From an uncultured Alphaproteobacteria bacterium (GTDB lineage Bacteria > Pseudomonadota > Alphaproteobacteria > HIMB59 > GCA-002718135): 64,000 bases of DNA. Below, one piece after another: positions 22,126 through 35,672 of this stretch (within the stretch, counting starts at the first letter, position 1; each line of letters opens with the position of its first letter). Position numbers and translations under genes: made by a program. The stretch spans positions 213,071 through 277,070 of the forward strand of contig CACNKX010000001.1 of NCBI GenBank assembly GCA_902621165.1, in the 5' to 3' direction. The notes under the pieces are model-generated. The model was not told the DNA's origin, did no database searches, and saw nothing but the letters and a program-made list of their open reading frames with translations.

Positions 22126-22653
22126 TTATTCTCTAGGAGCGTGCTTATTTAATATTCTCTGTAATGTGCGTCTGTGCATTCTTAATCTTCTAGCAGTTTC
22201 AGAAACATTTCGGTTACATTGTATAAAAACTCTCTGTATATGTTCCCATCTAATTCTGTCAGCTGTCATTGGGTTTTCGGGTGGTGGTGGAAGAACTTCT
22301 TTTGAGTTAGTCAAAGCATCATAAATTTGATCAATTTCTGCTGGCTTTGGTAAGTAATCTATAGCCCCAGATTTAATTGCGGCCACTGCAGTAGCAATGT
22401 TACCGTAACCAGTTAGGAGTAAAGATTTAGTATTTGGACTAATTTTTTGCAATTCTTTTACCAATTCTAATCCAGAACCATCCTCCAATCTCATATCGAC
22501 TACAGCATAGTCAAAATTGCTTTCATTTACTTTATTTAAAGAGTCTTTAAAACCAGGCGAAGACGTAACTTCGAACCCTTTTTTTTCCATGGATCTTGTT
22601 AATCTCTCTCTGAATGGAAGATCGTCATCTACAATAAGTAATCTCATATTCAT
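22126..22653 (-). CDS. regA: Redox response regulator RegA/PrrA/ActR
   Basis: 175 aa with a receiver domain and the near-invariant RegA-type HTH NVSETARRLRMHRRTLQRIL. Confidence 0.9.
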   Translation of the reverse strand: MNMRLLIVDDDLPFRERLTRSMEKKGFEVTSSPGFKDSLNKVNESNFDYAVVDMRLEDGSGLELVKELQKISPNTKSLLLTGYGNIATAVAAIKSGAIDYLPKPAEIDQIYDALTNSKEVLPPPPENPMTADRIRWEHIQRVFIQCNRNVSETARRLRMHRRTLQRILNKHAPRE

Positions 22654-23879
22654 ATACTTAAGATAGAGTTATCAAAATTAATTTCAACAACAGCATTATT
22701 TTCTTTTGAGTTATAAAAATCAAGATTACCTCCCATATTTTCAATCAAGTTTTTTGCTATAAATATGCCAAGTCCCATTCCCTGATTATTTTTTGAAACA
22801 TATGGCTCACCTAGTTTATCAATTATATCTTTAGAAAATCCACTACCATCATCAGAGATTATAATATTAACAATTGATTTTTTATAATTTAATTCGATTT
22901 TTGTTATACTGTCAGAATAAAATATTGAATTTTGGATAATGTTTCCTAAAGCATACATTATTTCATCTTTATAAATTATTTCAGGTTCAGAGTCTGATGG
23001 TCTTATATCTAATATTAATTTTTTATTTTTGTTAAATTTATCAAAGTTTATTTTAATTAAATCAGAAATTTTTACTTTTTCTAAAAATTTATCTTTTAAC
23101 TTTAAAGGATTTTTTGAAAATCTTTGTAATATTTCTTTGCATCTTTCTGCTTGAGATTTTAATAAAATGATATCTTTAACAATATTCTTATCTTCTTTTA
23201 ATTTTTTTTCTTTAAGTAAGTCGTTTAAAATTAAAAAAATTGTGTTTAGTGGAGTCCCTAATTCATGAGCGGCAGCAGCACTAAGAGAACCTACCTCCGT
23301 CATTTTTTTTTGATTCAAAATTTGAAGTTTAGAAATAGATAACGCATTTGAAATTTGCCTTGAAGAACTTGCAAATAAATAAGCATAAATAGCGATAAAA
23401 ATTACTGTAATGATTAAAGCTGAAATTAAACCAAAACTATATATCTCTGGTAAAAAAAATTTTGGACCTAGGTCTAAGGGAATAAAATAGAAATTTAATA
23501 ATATAATAATTATGATTGATATTGTTGAAAGAATAACTGTCATCAATGCTGGCAAATATGAGGCTGAAGTAATAACAGGTGCTAAAATTAGTATTGAGAA
23601 TGGATTAATGATTCCTCCAGTAAGAAAAAGTAAAAAGCCAAGTTGCAATGTATCAAATAGTAAATAAGAAAATGCTTTTTTATTACTAATAGTTTTGTTT
23701 TTTCTTTCTTCATAATAAGAATAAAAATTTACAACAATAGATAATAAAATTATTGATAAAGTTTCAAAAATAGGGATTTGAATTTTTATTACAAATGAAA
23801 CAAAAAATATTGCTAGAACTTGACCAAAGATTGCAATCCATCTAATTTTAATAAGATTTCCAAGTAAAATTGTATTCAT
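22650..23879 (-). CDS. regB: Redox sensor histidine kinase RegB/PrrB/ActS
   Basis: 409 aa with multiple TMs. It has the GGIINPF quinone-site heptapeptide (23598-23618), the H-box AAAHELGTPL, and the redox-box AERCKEIL (Cys codon 23139-23141). Confidence 0.88.
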   Translation of the reverse strand: MNTILLGNLIKIRWIAIFGQVLAIFFVSFVIKIQIPIFETLSIILLSIVVNFYSYYEERKNKTISNKKAFSYLLFDTLQLGFLLFLTGGIINPFSILILAPVITSASYLPALMTVILSTISIIIIILLNFYFIPLDLGPKFFLPEIYSFGLISALIITVIFIAIYAYLFASSSRQISNALSISKLQILNQKKMTEVGSLSAAAAHELGTPLNTIFLILNDLLKEKKLKEDKNIVKDIILLKSQAERCKEILQRFSKNPLKLKDKFLEKVKISDLIKINFDKFNKNKKLILDIRPSDSEPEIIYKDEIMYALGNIIQNSIFYSDSITKIELNYKKSIVNIIISDDGSGFSKDIIDKLGEPYVSKNNQGMGLGIFIAKNLIENMGGNLDFYNSKENNAVVEINFDNSILSI

Positions 23880-23885
23880 TAAAAA

Positions 23886-27430
<3,545 letters not shown>

Positions 27431-27433
27431 ATT

Positions 27434-28549
27434 TTAAACTCTCATTGGCATCAAAACATACACAAGATTAGTATTTGAATTTTCCTGAGCTATAACGGGA
27501 GATGTATTATCCTTTAAATTAATTGATATTTCGTTATCTTCTAAATTATTAACTATATCCATTATATATTTCGAATTAAATCCTATTTCAATTTCATCTC
27601 CTTCATAACTAATGCTTAAATCCTCTGATGCAGTACTACTTTCTGTATTAATGGTATTTAAATTAAGAATATTTTGTAATAATTTAAATTTGATTACTGG
27701 TGATTTTTCGTTTGCTATAGTGCTTACTCTATCAACAGCTGATAGTAATTTATCTCTATTTATTTTTAAAATATTTTTATTATCATTAGGAATTACTCGT
27801 TTATAATCAGGAAAACTGCCATCAATTAATTTTGATATAAATATTATATCACCAACTATAAAAACTATTTTATTTGAACTAATTGATATATTTACATCAT
27901 TATCAAATTCAGATAATAATTTTGACAATTCGTAAATTGTTTTTTTTGGTATAATAACACCGGAGACTTGGTCAATCTTTTCGTTAATTTCGTGACTAAA
28001 CTTTGCTAGCCGATGACCATCAGTTCCAACAAGTGTTACAATATTTTTATTATCATCATTAGTAACATTAAAATATAAACCATTTAAAAAATATCTAGTT
28101 TCTTCATTAGAAATAGCAAATTTAGTTTTGTCTATTAATTTAAAAAGAATTTTTGAGTTTAAGATAATGTTGGTGCCCGAATTATCCTTTTCAATTATTG
28201 GAAAATCTTCTTTTGGAAGGCATGCTAGTGAGAATCTTGATCCTTCTGATCGCAAAGTGACCAATTTACCATTATTTGAAATAATTTCTATCTCACTATT
28301 ATCATCAATCTTTCTTACTATATCATATAAAATCTGTGAGTTAATTGTTGTGGATCCATCTTCAAAAACATCACAACCAATCTTTTCAATAATTGAAATA
28401 TCCATATCGGTAGATGATAGAATTAAATGATTATCTTTAGCTTCTATTAGAATATTTGCTAAAATTGGCAAAGAATTCTTTTTATCAACAATGCCCTGTA
28501 AATGTGATAATGTTTTGAAAAAGTTTGAACGTGATATTTTAAATTTCAT
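27434..28549 (-). CDS. dnaN: DNA polymerase III beta sliding clamp
   Basis: 371 aa with typical three-domain clamp length, ending MPMRV. It lies between dnaA and recF. Confidence 0.93.
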   Translation of the reverse strand: MKFKISRSNFFKTLSHLQGIVDKKNSLPILANILIEAKDNHLILSSTDMDISIIEKIGCDVFEDGSTTINSQILYDIVRKIDDNSEIEIISNNGKLVTLRSEGSRFSLACLPKEDFPIIEKDNSGTNIILNSKILFKLIDKTKFAISNEETRYFLNGLYFNVTNDDNKNIVTLVGTDGHRLAKFSHEINEKIDQVSGVIIPKKTIYELSKLLSEFDNDVNISISSNKIVFIVGDIIFISKLIDGSFPDYKRVIPNDNKNILKINRDKLLSAVDRVSTIANEKSPVIKFKLLQNILNLNTINTESSTASEDLSISYEGDEIEIGFNSKYIMDIVNNLEDNEISINLKDNTSPVIAQENSNTNLVYVLMPMRV

Positions 28550-28572
28550 ACCTAAACATATGATAAAAAAAA

Positions 28573-29967
28573 TTAAGAATCTATAAGTCTTTTTAATAAT
28601 TCTAGATCTTCATTAAAATTTACATCCGATAACTTAAGTTCTTCAATTTTTTTAACAGCATGCATAACAGTTGTATGATCTCTACCACCGAATTTTCTAC
28701 CTATTTCTGGTAAAGATCTTGAAGTAATTGATTTAGCTAAGTACATTGCTATCTGTCTTGGTCTAGCAACAGATCTAGATCTTCTTGGTGAGTGCATATC
28801 TGTAATCCTAATATTAAAATGCTCTGCAACTTTTTTTTGTATTTCCTCTATTGTAATTTTCTTATTTGACGACTTTAGTAAATCCTGGAGAACTAATTGA
28901 GCTGATTCAACAGAAATGGGAGTACCAACTAGTGTAGCATGAGCTACTAGCCTGTTTAAAGCTCCCTCCATTTCTCTCACATTTGAAATAATTCTATGAG
29001 ATAAAAATTCTAATACCTTAGGAGGTATTTCTACTCCTCTTTTCTGAGCTTTTTCAATCAATATGCCAAGTCTCAATTCATAAGTTGTAGGATGGATATC
29101 AGCTACTAATCCACATCCAAGCCTGGATTTCAATCTTTCCTGTACTCCATCAAGATCTGTAGGAGTCTTATCAGCTGAAATTACAATCTGTTTATTTTGT
29201 TCGATAAGTGCATTGAAAGTATGGAAAAATTCTTCTTGGGTGTTATCTTTTCCACTTATAAACTGTACATCATCAATCATTAAAACATCGATTGATCTAA
29301 ATTGTTCTTTAAACGCAGATGTATCTTTATATCTTAAAGCTCTAACAAATTGATACATAAACTTCTCTGCTGAAAGATAAATTACCTTTCTTTCTGGTTG
29401 CTGTTGTTTTATTTTCCAACCAATGGCATGCATCAAGTGAGTTTTTCCTAAACCTACGCCACCACATAAAAAAAGAGGATTGAAACTAATTTTATTTGCC
29501 TCAGATACTCTTTGAGAAGCTGCAAAAGCAAGTTCATTAGGCTTTCCAACAACGAAGTTTTCAAATGTAAACCTTGGATCAAGAGGTGCCCCAAATTCAT
29601 TAGGATAAGTTGAAGATTGGTTCGATCGTAAATCCATAGTAGATTTCCAATGATTATCATTACTCTTTATGGTTCTAGTAGTGCCTGGAACTATTCTACC
29701 TCCAGAAGGTTTGACTACAAATTTTATAACATCAACTTTCTCTACTTGGTTTTTTGCTTCCGTTTTTATCTTATCTGAATAATTATTAACTATCCAATCT
29801 CTTAAAAATTTAGTCGGGACTGAGAATGTAATTGTTGAATCATCAAGTGATACATAGTTCAAGTGCTTTAACCAGTTATTAAAAGCAGAATCACCAACTT
29901 TTTTCTTTAGATTTTTTTTAAAGGATAACCATTTACTTTCGTCAAACATAGTAGATGAATTATCCAT
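28573..29967 (-). CDS. dnaA: Chromosomal replication initiator DnaA
   Basis: 464 aa with AAA+ GGVGLGKTHL, LMIDDVQF, and the domain IV motif GRDHTTVMHA. Confidence 0.98.
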   Translation of the reverse strand: MDNSSTMFDESKWLSFKKNLKKKVGDSAFNNWLKHLNYVSLDDSTITFSVPTKFLRDWIVNNYSDKIKTEAKNQVEKVDVIKFVVKPSGGRIVPGTTRTIKSNDNHWKSTMDLRSNQSSTYPNEFGAPLDPRFTFENFVVGKPNELAFAASQRVSEANKISFNPLFLCGGVGLGKTHLMHAIGWKIKQQQPERKVIYLSAEKFMYQFVRALRYKDTSAFKEQFRSIDVLMIDDVQFISGKDNTQEEFFHTFNALIEQNKQIVISADKTPTDLDGVQERLKSRLGCGLVADIHPTTYELRLGILIEKAQKRGVEIPPKVLEFLSHRIISNVREMEGALNRLVAHATLVGTPISVESAQLVLQDLLKSSNKKITIEEIQKKVAEHFNIRITDMHSPRRSRSVARPRQIAMYLAKSITSRSLPEIGRKFGGRDHTTVMHAVKKIEELKLSDVNFNEDLELLKRLIDS

Positions 29968-30000
29968 TTTCCCCCAACAAGACGATTTTTTACTAAAAAC

Positions 30001-30033
30001 AATTTTACGAAAAAAATCAAAAGTCGTAAAATT
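30001..30033 (-). terminator. Perfect 10-bp inverted repeat (AATTTTACGA-13 nt-TCGTAAAATT); possible weak rpsT terminator or an operator in the dnaA upstream region
   Basis: The arms are at 30001-30010 and 30024-30033. On the minus strand the repeat is followed by GTTTTTAG. The stem is AU-rich and the loop is large, so a terminator role is uncertain. Confidence 0.3.
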
Positions 30034-30114
30034 AAATCACCAAATTAATTTACTTAATCAACACCCTTTAAGTATTTTTAGCAAGAAGAAAAGTGAAAAA
30101 ATTAAAAAAAAAAA

Positions 30115-30375
30115 TTATTTTTTTGAAATTTGTTTTGATAAGGAGGATAACTTTCTGGATATGTATTCTTTTTTAAAAATACCTTTTTTTGATGCCCTGG
30201 CCATGATTGAATTGACATTACTAAAGGATTTTTGGATTTCTTCCTCATTTTTTGTATCCATTGAAGATTTAAATTTATTTAGAGCGTTTCTAAATTTAGA
30301 TAGGTATTGAGAATTAACAGTATTTCTAGTTTTGTTCTGTCTTGATCTTTTTTTTGCTGAAACATGATTAGCCAT
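30115..30375 (-). CDS. rpsT: 30S ribosomal protein S20
   Basis: 86 aa starting MANHVSAKKRSRQ. It lies upstream of dnaA, as in alphaproteobacteria. Confidence 0.95.
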   Translation of the reverse strand: MANHVSAKKRSRQNKTRNTVNSQYLSKFRNALNKFKSSMDTKNEEEIQKSFSNVNSIMARASKKGIFKKEYISRKLSSLSKQISKK

Positions 30376-30427
30376 AAAGGTGCTATAAATTCAAAATAAA
30401 TTAAGTCAATTAATATTTATTCTATAA

Positions 30428-31246
30428 TTACTTATTATTTTGAATTTTTGGACAGTAAAACGTAGATCTACCATATTGGACAATCTTTTTAACTCTGTCA
30501 GTACCAATTTTTTTTCCTTCTTTATTATATACTTTAAAATTAGACTGAAAATTTCCTAATGTGCCGTCAGTAGATCTATAATCTCGTATACTAGAACCTC
30601 CATATTTAATTGCTTTATTTAAAATTTTTCTAATTGACTTAATTAGTTTCATAATGAGACTAATTTCTAAATTTTTACCTAAAATAAGAGGTGAAATTTT
30701 AGAGTCAAATAGAATTTCTGAAGCATAAATATTACCTATACCTGCAATTATTTTTTGATTAAGTAATATCTGCTTAATTGGTACCTCAGATTTTGAAATT
30801 TTTTGAAATATCATTTGTGGTGAAAGATTTGGGCTTAGCGCATCTATACCTAAACTCATAATATACTTTTTTTTTTGTAGATCTTTTGTTTTTACTATAT
30901 CTATAAATCCAAATTTCCTTGGATCATGGTAAATAAGTATCTTTTTACTTAAAAAGTATAAAATAAAATGGTCATGTTTTATTCTTTTGTATGTTGATGA
31001 CACAGTTTTTAATCTTCCTGACATTCCTAAATGCATTACTAGAGAATAATCTTTATCTAAATCTATGATAATGAACTTTGCTATACGTCTTAGGTTGGAT
31101 ATCTTGGAGTTACGTAGTATATTAATTATATTATTAGGAATTTTAAAGCGCAGTTTTGTTGTATGAATTTTGACATTAGATATTTTTTGATTCAATATTA
31201 CTTTGAGTCCTTTAATTGTAGTTTCAACTTCAGGTAGTTCAGGCAT
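30428..31246 (-). CDS. mutM: Formamidopyrimidine-DNA glycosylase
   Basis: 272 aa with the MPELPEVE N-terminus, H2TH region, and a C-terminal zinc-finger-like end (YCPKIQ). Confidence 0.93.
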   Translation of the reverse strand: MPELPEVETTIKGLKVILNQKISNVKIHTTKLRFKIPNNIINILRNSKISNLRRIAKFIIIDLDKDYSLVMHLGMSGRLKTVSSTYKRIKHDHFILYFLSKKILIYHDPRKFGFIDIVKTKDLQKKKYIMSLGIDALSPNLSPQMIFQKISKSEVPIKQILLNQKIIAGIGNIYASEILFDSKISPLILGKNLEISLIMKLIKSIRKILNKAIKYGGSSIRDYRSTDGTLGNFQSNFKVYNKEGKKIGTDRVKKIVQYGRSTFYCPKIQNNK

Positions 31247-31247
31247 A

Positions 31248-31979
31248 ATGAAAAAGGATTATAATTTTGGTTATACAAAAGTAAACTCAAAACAAAAGAC
31301 TAAACTTGTTCAGAATGTATTTTCAAGAGTAGCTCCAAACTACGATATAATGAATGATTTAATGAGTTTAGGCATGCATAGATTATGGAAAAAAAGATTT
31401 GTAGAGACAGTGGATCTGAAAGAAAATGAAATTATCTTGGATGTTGGTTCTGGTTCTGGTGATATTGCCAGCGAAATTTTAAAAGAAAATTTACCAACCA
31501 GTCTTTATCTTTTAGATCTAAATGCAGAAATGTTATCAGAAGGAAGAAAAAGATTAAAAAAAGAAAAAAATATAAAATATTTTATTGGTAATGCTGAAAG
31601 GTTGAATTTTGAAAATAATTTTTTTGATAAATATACTATTTCTTTCTGTTTAAGAAATGTGACGGAGTATTTATTATCTATAAAAGAGGCTTACAGAGTT
31701 CTTAAACCAGGTGGTAAATATTGTTGCTTAGAATTTAGTACACCTAAATCATCTATGATATCAAGTTCATATAAAATTTATAAATCAAAGATTTTACCTC
31801 TGTTAGGAGAAATAGTTGCCAAAGATAAGAATGCTTATAATTATTTGAGTGAAAGTATTGATTTATTTCCATCACAAGAGGAGCTTAGCAAAAATTTACA
31901 TGATTGCGGATTTACTAAAGTTGAGACTATTAATCTATTTAATGGAATTGTAGCAATACACACTGGCTATAAACTGTAA
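31248..31979 (+). CDS. ubiE: Ubiquinone/menaquinone biosynthesis C-methyltransferase UbiE
   Basis: The ATG at 31248 gives MKKDYNFGYTKV...VFSRVAPNYDIMNDLMSLGMHRLWK and the SAM motif LDVGSGSGD. The track's TTG at 31203 would add 15 non-conserved residues. Confidence 0.92.
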   Translation: MKKDYNFGYTKVNSKQKTKLVQNVFSRVAPNYDIMNDLMSLGMHRLWKKRFVETVDLKENEIILDVGSGSGDIASEILKENLPTSLYLLDLNAEMLSEGRKRLKKEKNIKYFIGNAERLNFENNFFDKYTISFCLRNVTEYLLSIKEAYRVLKPGGKYCCLEFSTPKSSMISSSYKIYKSKILPLLGEIVAKDKNAYNYLSESIDLFPSQEELSKNLHDCGFTKVETINLFNGIVAIHTGYKL

Positions 31980-33148
31980 TGAATAAAATTTTATTAATAA
32001 TAACTGGCTCTATTGCTGCATCTCGATGTAAAGAAATTATTACTTTGCTTAATATTAATGAAGTTAAAACTAGCTGTATTCTAACTAAAGAGGCAAAAAA
32101 ATATACGCAGATATCAGATATAAAAAAATTACTTAAAAATAGAATATTTAATGATGAAGATGAGAAAAAAAATAAGATGCTTCATATTAATTTATCAAGA
32201 AATAATGACATAATAGTTGTGTGTCCCGCTACAGCCAATTCTATTTCAAAGTTTGCTAATGGATATGGAGATAATTTAGCTTCCAATACGTTACTTGCTT
32301 CAAATAAAAAAATTTTGTTTGTCCCAGCAATGAATAGCTTTATGTGGCATAATAAAATTAATCAAAAAAATGTTAGATTATTAAAAGATAGTGGTCATGA
32401 GTTTATTGGCCCAAAAGTTGGTAATTTAAAATGTGGAGAATTTGGTTTAGGTAGAATTGATAACTCAAAAAACATAGTAAATAAAATTTTAAGTAGATTA
32501 GAAAATATTAATTTATTAAAAGATAAAAAATGCCTAGTAACTGCAGGTCCAACAATTGAAATGATTGATCCAGTTAGGTTTATTTCAAATCAATCTTCTG
32601 GAAAACAAGGCTATGAAATTGCTGCACAACTTGTTTTATATGGAGCGAATGTAACATTGATATCTGGACCAACAAACTTAGACCCGCCACCAAATTTGAA
32701 ATTTATTCAAATAAAATCAGCAAACGAAATGTATAAAAAAATTAGAAAAATTTCTAAAGTTGATATAGGAATTTTTACTGCTGCAGTATCTGATTTCAAA
32801 AATAAAAAAATCAATAAATTCAAGATTAAAAAAAATGAAAAATTAAATATTAGTCTTGATAAAAATATTGATATTTTAGAAAAAATTGGAAAAAGTAAAA
32901 CTCAAAGACCTAAATTTTTAGTAGGTTTTGCGGCTGAAACAGGGGGCATTAATAATGCCAAAAAAAAATTAGAGGATAAAAATTGTGATATGATTGTTTA
33001 CAATAAAATCGATAGTAAAAATAAAGTTTTTGGTTCAGATTATAATCGAATATCGATAATTACAAAAAACCAGACAAAAAAATTTAAGAAAATGACAAAG
33101 GTAAATTGTGCAAAGCAAATTATAAAACAAATTTATAATACTATATAG
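31979..33148 (+). CDS. coaBC: Bifunctional phosphopantothenoylcysteine decarboxylase / phosphopantothenate-cysteine ligase
   Basis: 389 aa with an N-terminal flavoprotein domain (ITGSIAA, PATANSISKFANG) and a C-terminal CoaB domain (TAGPT...DPVRFISNQSSGKQG). Confidence 0.93.
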   Translation: MNKILLIITGSIAASRCKEIITLLNINEVKTSCILTKEAKKYTQISDIKKLLKNRIFNDEDEKKNKMLHINLSRNNDIIVVCPATANSISKFANGYGDNLASNTLLASNKKILFVPAMNSFMWHNKINQKNVRLLKDSGHEFIGPKVGNLKCGEFGLGRIDNSKNIVNKILSRLENINLLKDKKCLVTAGPTIEMIDPVRFISNQSSGKQGYEIAAQLVLYGANVTLISGPTNLDPPPNLKFIQIKSANEMYKKIRKISKVDIGIFTAAVSDFKNKKINKFKIKKNEKLNISLDKNIDILEKIGKSKTQRPKFLVGFAAETGGINNAKKKLEDKNCDMIVYNKIDSKNKVFGSDYNRISIITKNQTKKFKKMTKVNCAKQIIKQIYNTI

Positions 33149-33152
33149 AGTT

Positions 33153-33905
33153 ATGAATAATTACTCTGAAGAAGAATATGAAATTTTCAGCAGGTTATTT
33201 ATTTTAAAAGAATTTTCTGAAGAAAATCTAAAAAAATTATCTAAGATTAAAATTGGTATTGTAGGTATGGGAGGTATAGGATGTCCTTTAAGTCAATATT
33301 TAGTAAACTCTGGTATTAAAGAATTGTTAATAGTAGATGGAGACATCGTTGAAAAAAGTAATCTTAATAGACAAATTTTGTTTAATTTAAATGATATTGG
33401 CAAAAAAAAGGTTGATGTAGCAAAATATAAATTAAAATTAATCAATACTGAATGTAAAATTAATACTATTGATAAAAATATTAATTCTTATAATTTAAAT
33501 TCATTAAAAGAATGTTCTATAATAGTTGATGCTACTGATGATTGGTTCAGTTCTAAATTATTAAATGAATATTGTCTTAAAAACTCAATCGATTTTTTAT
33601 ATTCCTCTGCTTTAAGATACGATTTACAAATAATTCTTTTCAATAATTCAAATAAAAATAATCATCTGTGCTTAAATTGTATATTTCCTAACAAAGATGA
33701 TATTGATCTTCCCAGATGTAGCGTAGTAGGTATTTCAGGCATTTCTTCAGGGTTAGCAGGTTTGATTGCTGCTCAAAAAATAATTAATTATTATTTAAAT
33801 TTAAAGGATGAAACTAATATAATGACAATTTCTGATGGAAAAAAATTAAGCATTGATAATATTCTTATTAAAAGTAAACATGATTGTTATTTAAAATCAG
33901 TTTAA
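33153..33905 (+). CDS. ThiF/MoeB/HesA-family E1-like adenylyltransferase
   Basis: 250 aa with the nucleotide loop GMGGIGCP, VDGDIVEKSNLNRQ, and Cys pairs CLNC...PRC. I cannot decide between ThiF and MoeB roles. Confidence 0.8.
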   Translation: MNNYSEEEYEIFSRLFILKEFSEENLKKLSKIKIGIVGMGGIGCPLSQYLVNSGIKELLIVDGDIVEKSNLNRQILFNLNDIGKKKVDVAKYKLKLINTECKINTIDKNINSYNLNSLKECSIIVDATDDWFSSKLLNEYCLKNSIDFLYSSALRYDLQIILFNNSNKNNHLCLNCIFPNKDDIDLPRCSVVGISGISSGLAGLIAAQKIINYYLNLKDETNIMTISDGKKLSIDNILIKSKHDCYLKSV

Positions 33906-33944
33906 GTTAATTGATAAATACATAAAAAAAGTTTAATTAAAATT

Positions 33945-34451
33945 ATGAAACAAAATTCATTTACCTACGATCAATTAATCGATTGTGCAAAAGGTGTTCT
34001 TTTTGGAAAAGGGAATGCTCAACTTCCAATGCCTCCTATGTTAATGTTTGATAGAATTACCGCAATCAATGAGACTGGTGGGGTATTTTCTAAGGGTGAG
34101 GTTATTGCAGAATTAGATATTAAAGAAGACTTATGGTTTTTTGAATGTCATTTTAAAGACGATCCGGTAATGCCAGGTTGTTTAGGTTTAGATGCTATGT
34201 GGCAATTACTTGGTTTTTATTTAGGATGGCTTGGCCAACCAGGAAAAGGTAGAGCTTTAGGAGTTGGTGAAGTTAAGTTTACCGGTCAGGTATTACAAAA
34301 AGTCAAAAAAGTAACTTACCATATATCTCTTAAAAGACTTATACTAAGAAAATTGATTTTAGGAGTTGGAGATGGTGTTTTAAAAGCTGACGGTGAAACA
34401 ATTTATGAAGCTAAAGATATGAAAGTTGGTTTATTCTCACCTGAGAAATAA
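33945..34451 (+). CDS. fabA: 3-hydroxydecanoyl-ACP dehydratase/isomerase
   Basis: 168 aa with [29 protein letters not shown]. Confidence 0.95.
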   Translation: MKQNSFTYDQLIDCAKGVLFGKGNAQLPMPPMLMFDRITAINETGGVFSKGEVIAELDIKEDLWFFECHFKDDPVMPGCLGLDAMWQLLGFYLGWLGQPGKGRALGVGEVKFTGQVLQKVKKVTYHISLKRLILRKLILGVGDGVLKADGETIYEAKDMKVGLFSPEK

Positions 34452-34454
34452 GTA

Positions 34455-35672
34455 ATGAATAGAGTAGTAGTAACAGGTTTAGGTATAGTATCATGTATTG
34501 GTAATAACCAATCGGATGTTATAGACAGTCTTAAAAACTTGAAATCTGGGATAACAAGTGCAGAAGAGTATGAGGAGTTTTCTTTTAGAAGTCTTGTACA
34601 CGGTAAACCAAATATAGATATTAGTAACGAAATTGATAGAAGATTACTAAGGTTTATGGGTGACGGAGCTGCCTACAACTATATTGCGATGAAAGATGCT
34701 ATAGATGACTCAGGGCTAGAGGATAGTGATATTTCAAATGAAATGACTGGTATAATTGTTGGTTCAGGTGGTCCATCTACACAAAATTTATTTAAGTCTT
34801 CTGAAATTGGAAAGAGTTCGGGTTCAAAAAAAATTGGGCCATTTATGGTGCCAAGAGCAATGTCTAGTACAAATTCTGCAACTCTTGCGACTCCTTTTAA
34901 AATTAAAGGAGTTAACTATTCAATTACTTCAGCATGTTCTACAAGTTCACATTGTATTGGTAATGCGTACGAACTAATTCAGATGGGAAAACAAAATATT
35001 GTTTTTGCTGGAGGAGGTGAAGAGCTCCATTGGACTTTATCAATTTTATTTGATGCAATGGGTGCTTTATCATCAAAATATAACTCTACTCCAAACAAAT
35101 CTTCAAGGGCATATGATGCAAATAGAGATGGATTTGTAATTGCTGGTGGGGGTGGAACTTTAGTACTTGAAGAATTAGAGCATGCAAAAGCTAGAGGTGC
35201 TAAAATATATGGTGAAATAACAGGATATGGAGCAACCTCAGATGGATACGATATGGTACAGCCTTCTGGAGAAGGAGCAGAAAGATGCATGAAGCAAGCA
35301 TTAAAAAATATTGATGGTAAAATTGATTATATAAATACACATGGAACAAGCACTCCAATAGGAGATGTAAAAGAATTGGAAGCAATCAAAAATGTTTTTG
35401 GTTCAAATATTCCTAAAATGAGCTCAACAAAATCTTTGACTGGTCATTCTTTAGGGGCAACTGGTGTGCATGAAGCCATTTATAGTTTATTAATGATGAA
35501 AAATAATTTTATTAGTGGTTCTGCTAATATTGAAAATCTCGATGATAGTGCCAAAGGTTGTAATATTCTTTTAAAAACAGAAAATGAAGTTGAAATTGAG
35601 CATGTTATGTCAAATAGTTTTGGTTTTGGTGGTACAAATGCAACATTAGTATTTTCAAAATATCATGCTTAA
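34455..35672 (+). CDS. fabB: 3-oxoacyl-ACP synthase I
   Basis: 405 aa with the active-site Cys in [22 protein letters not shown], and SFGFGGTNA. Confidence 0.95.
   Translation: MNRVVVTGLGIVSCIGNNQSDVIDSLKNLKSGITSAEEYEEFSFRSLVHGKPNIDISNEIDRRLLRFMGDGAAYNYIAMKDAIDDSGLEDSDISNEMTGIIVGSGGPSTQNLFKSSEIGKSSGSKKIGPFMVPRAMSSTNSATLATPFKIKGVNYSITSACSTSSHCIGNAYELIQMGKQNIVFAGGGEELHWTLSILFDAMGALSSKYNSTPNKSSRAYDANRDGFVIAGGGGTLVLEELEHAKARGAKIYGEITGYGATSDGYDMVQPSGEGAERCMKQALKNIDGKIDYINTHGTSTPIGDVKELEAIKNVFGSNIPKMSSTKSLTGHSLGATGVHEAIYSLLMMKNNFISGSANIENLDDSAKGCNILLKTENEVEIEHVMSNSFGFGGTNATLVFSKYHA

Noticed and set aside
31203-31247. A TTG-initiated 15-codon N-terminal extension of ubiE, overlapping mutM by 44 nt.
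   Set aside because: Conserved UbiE sequence begins right after the ATG at 31248, and the extension (MSPLIVVSTSGSSGI) has no counterpart in UbiE homologues that I recall.
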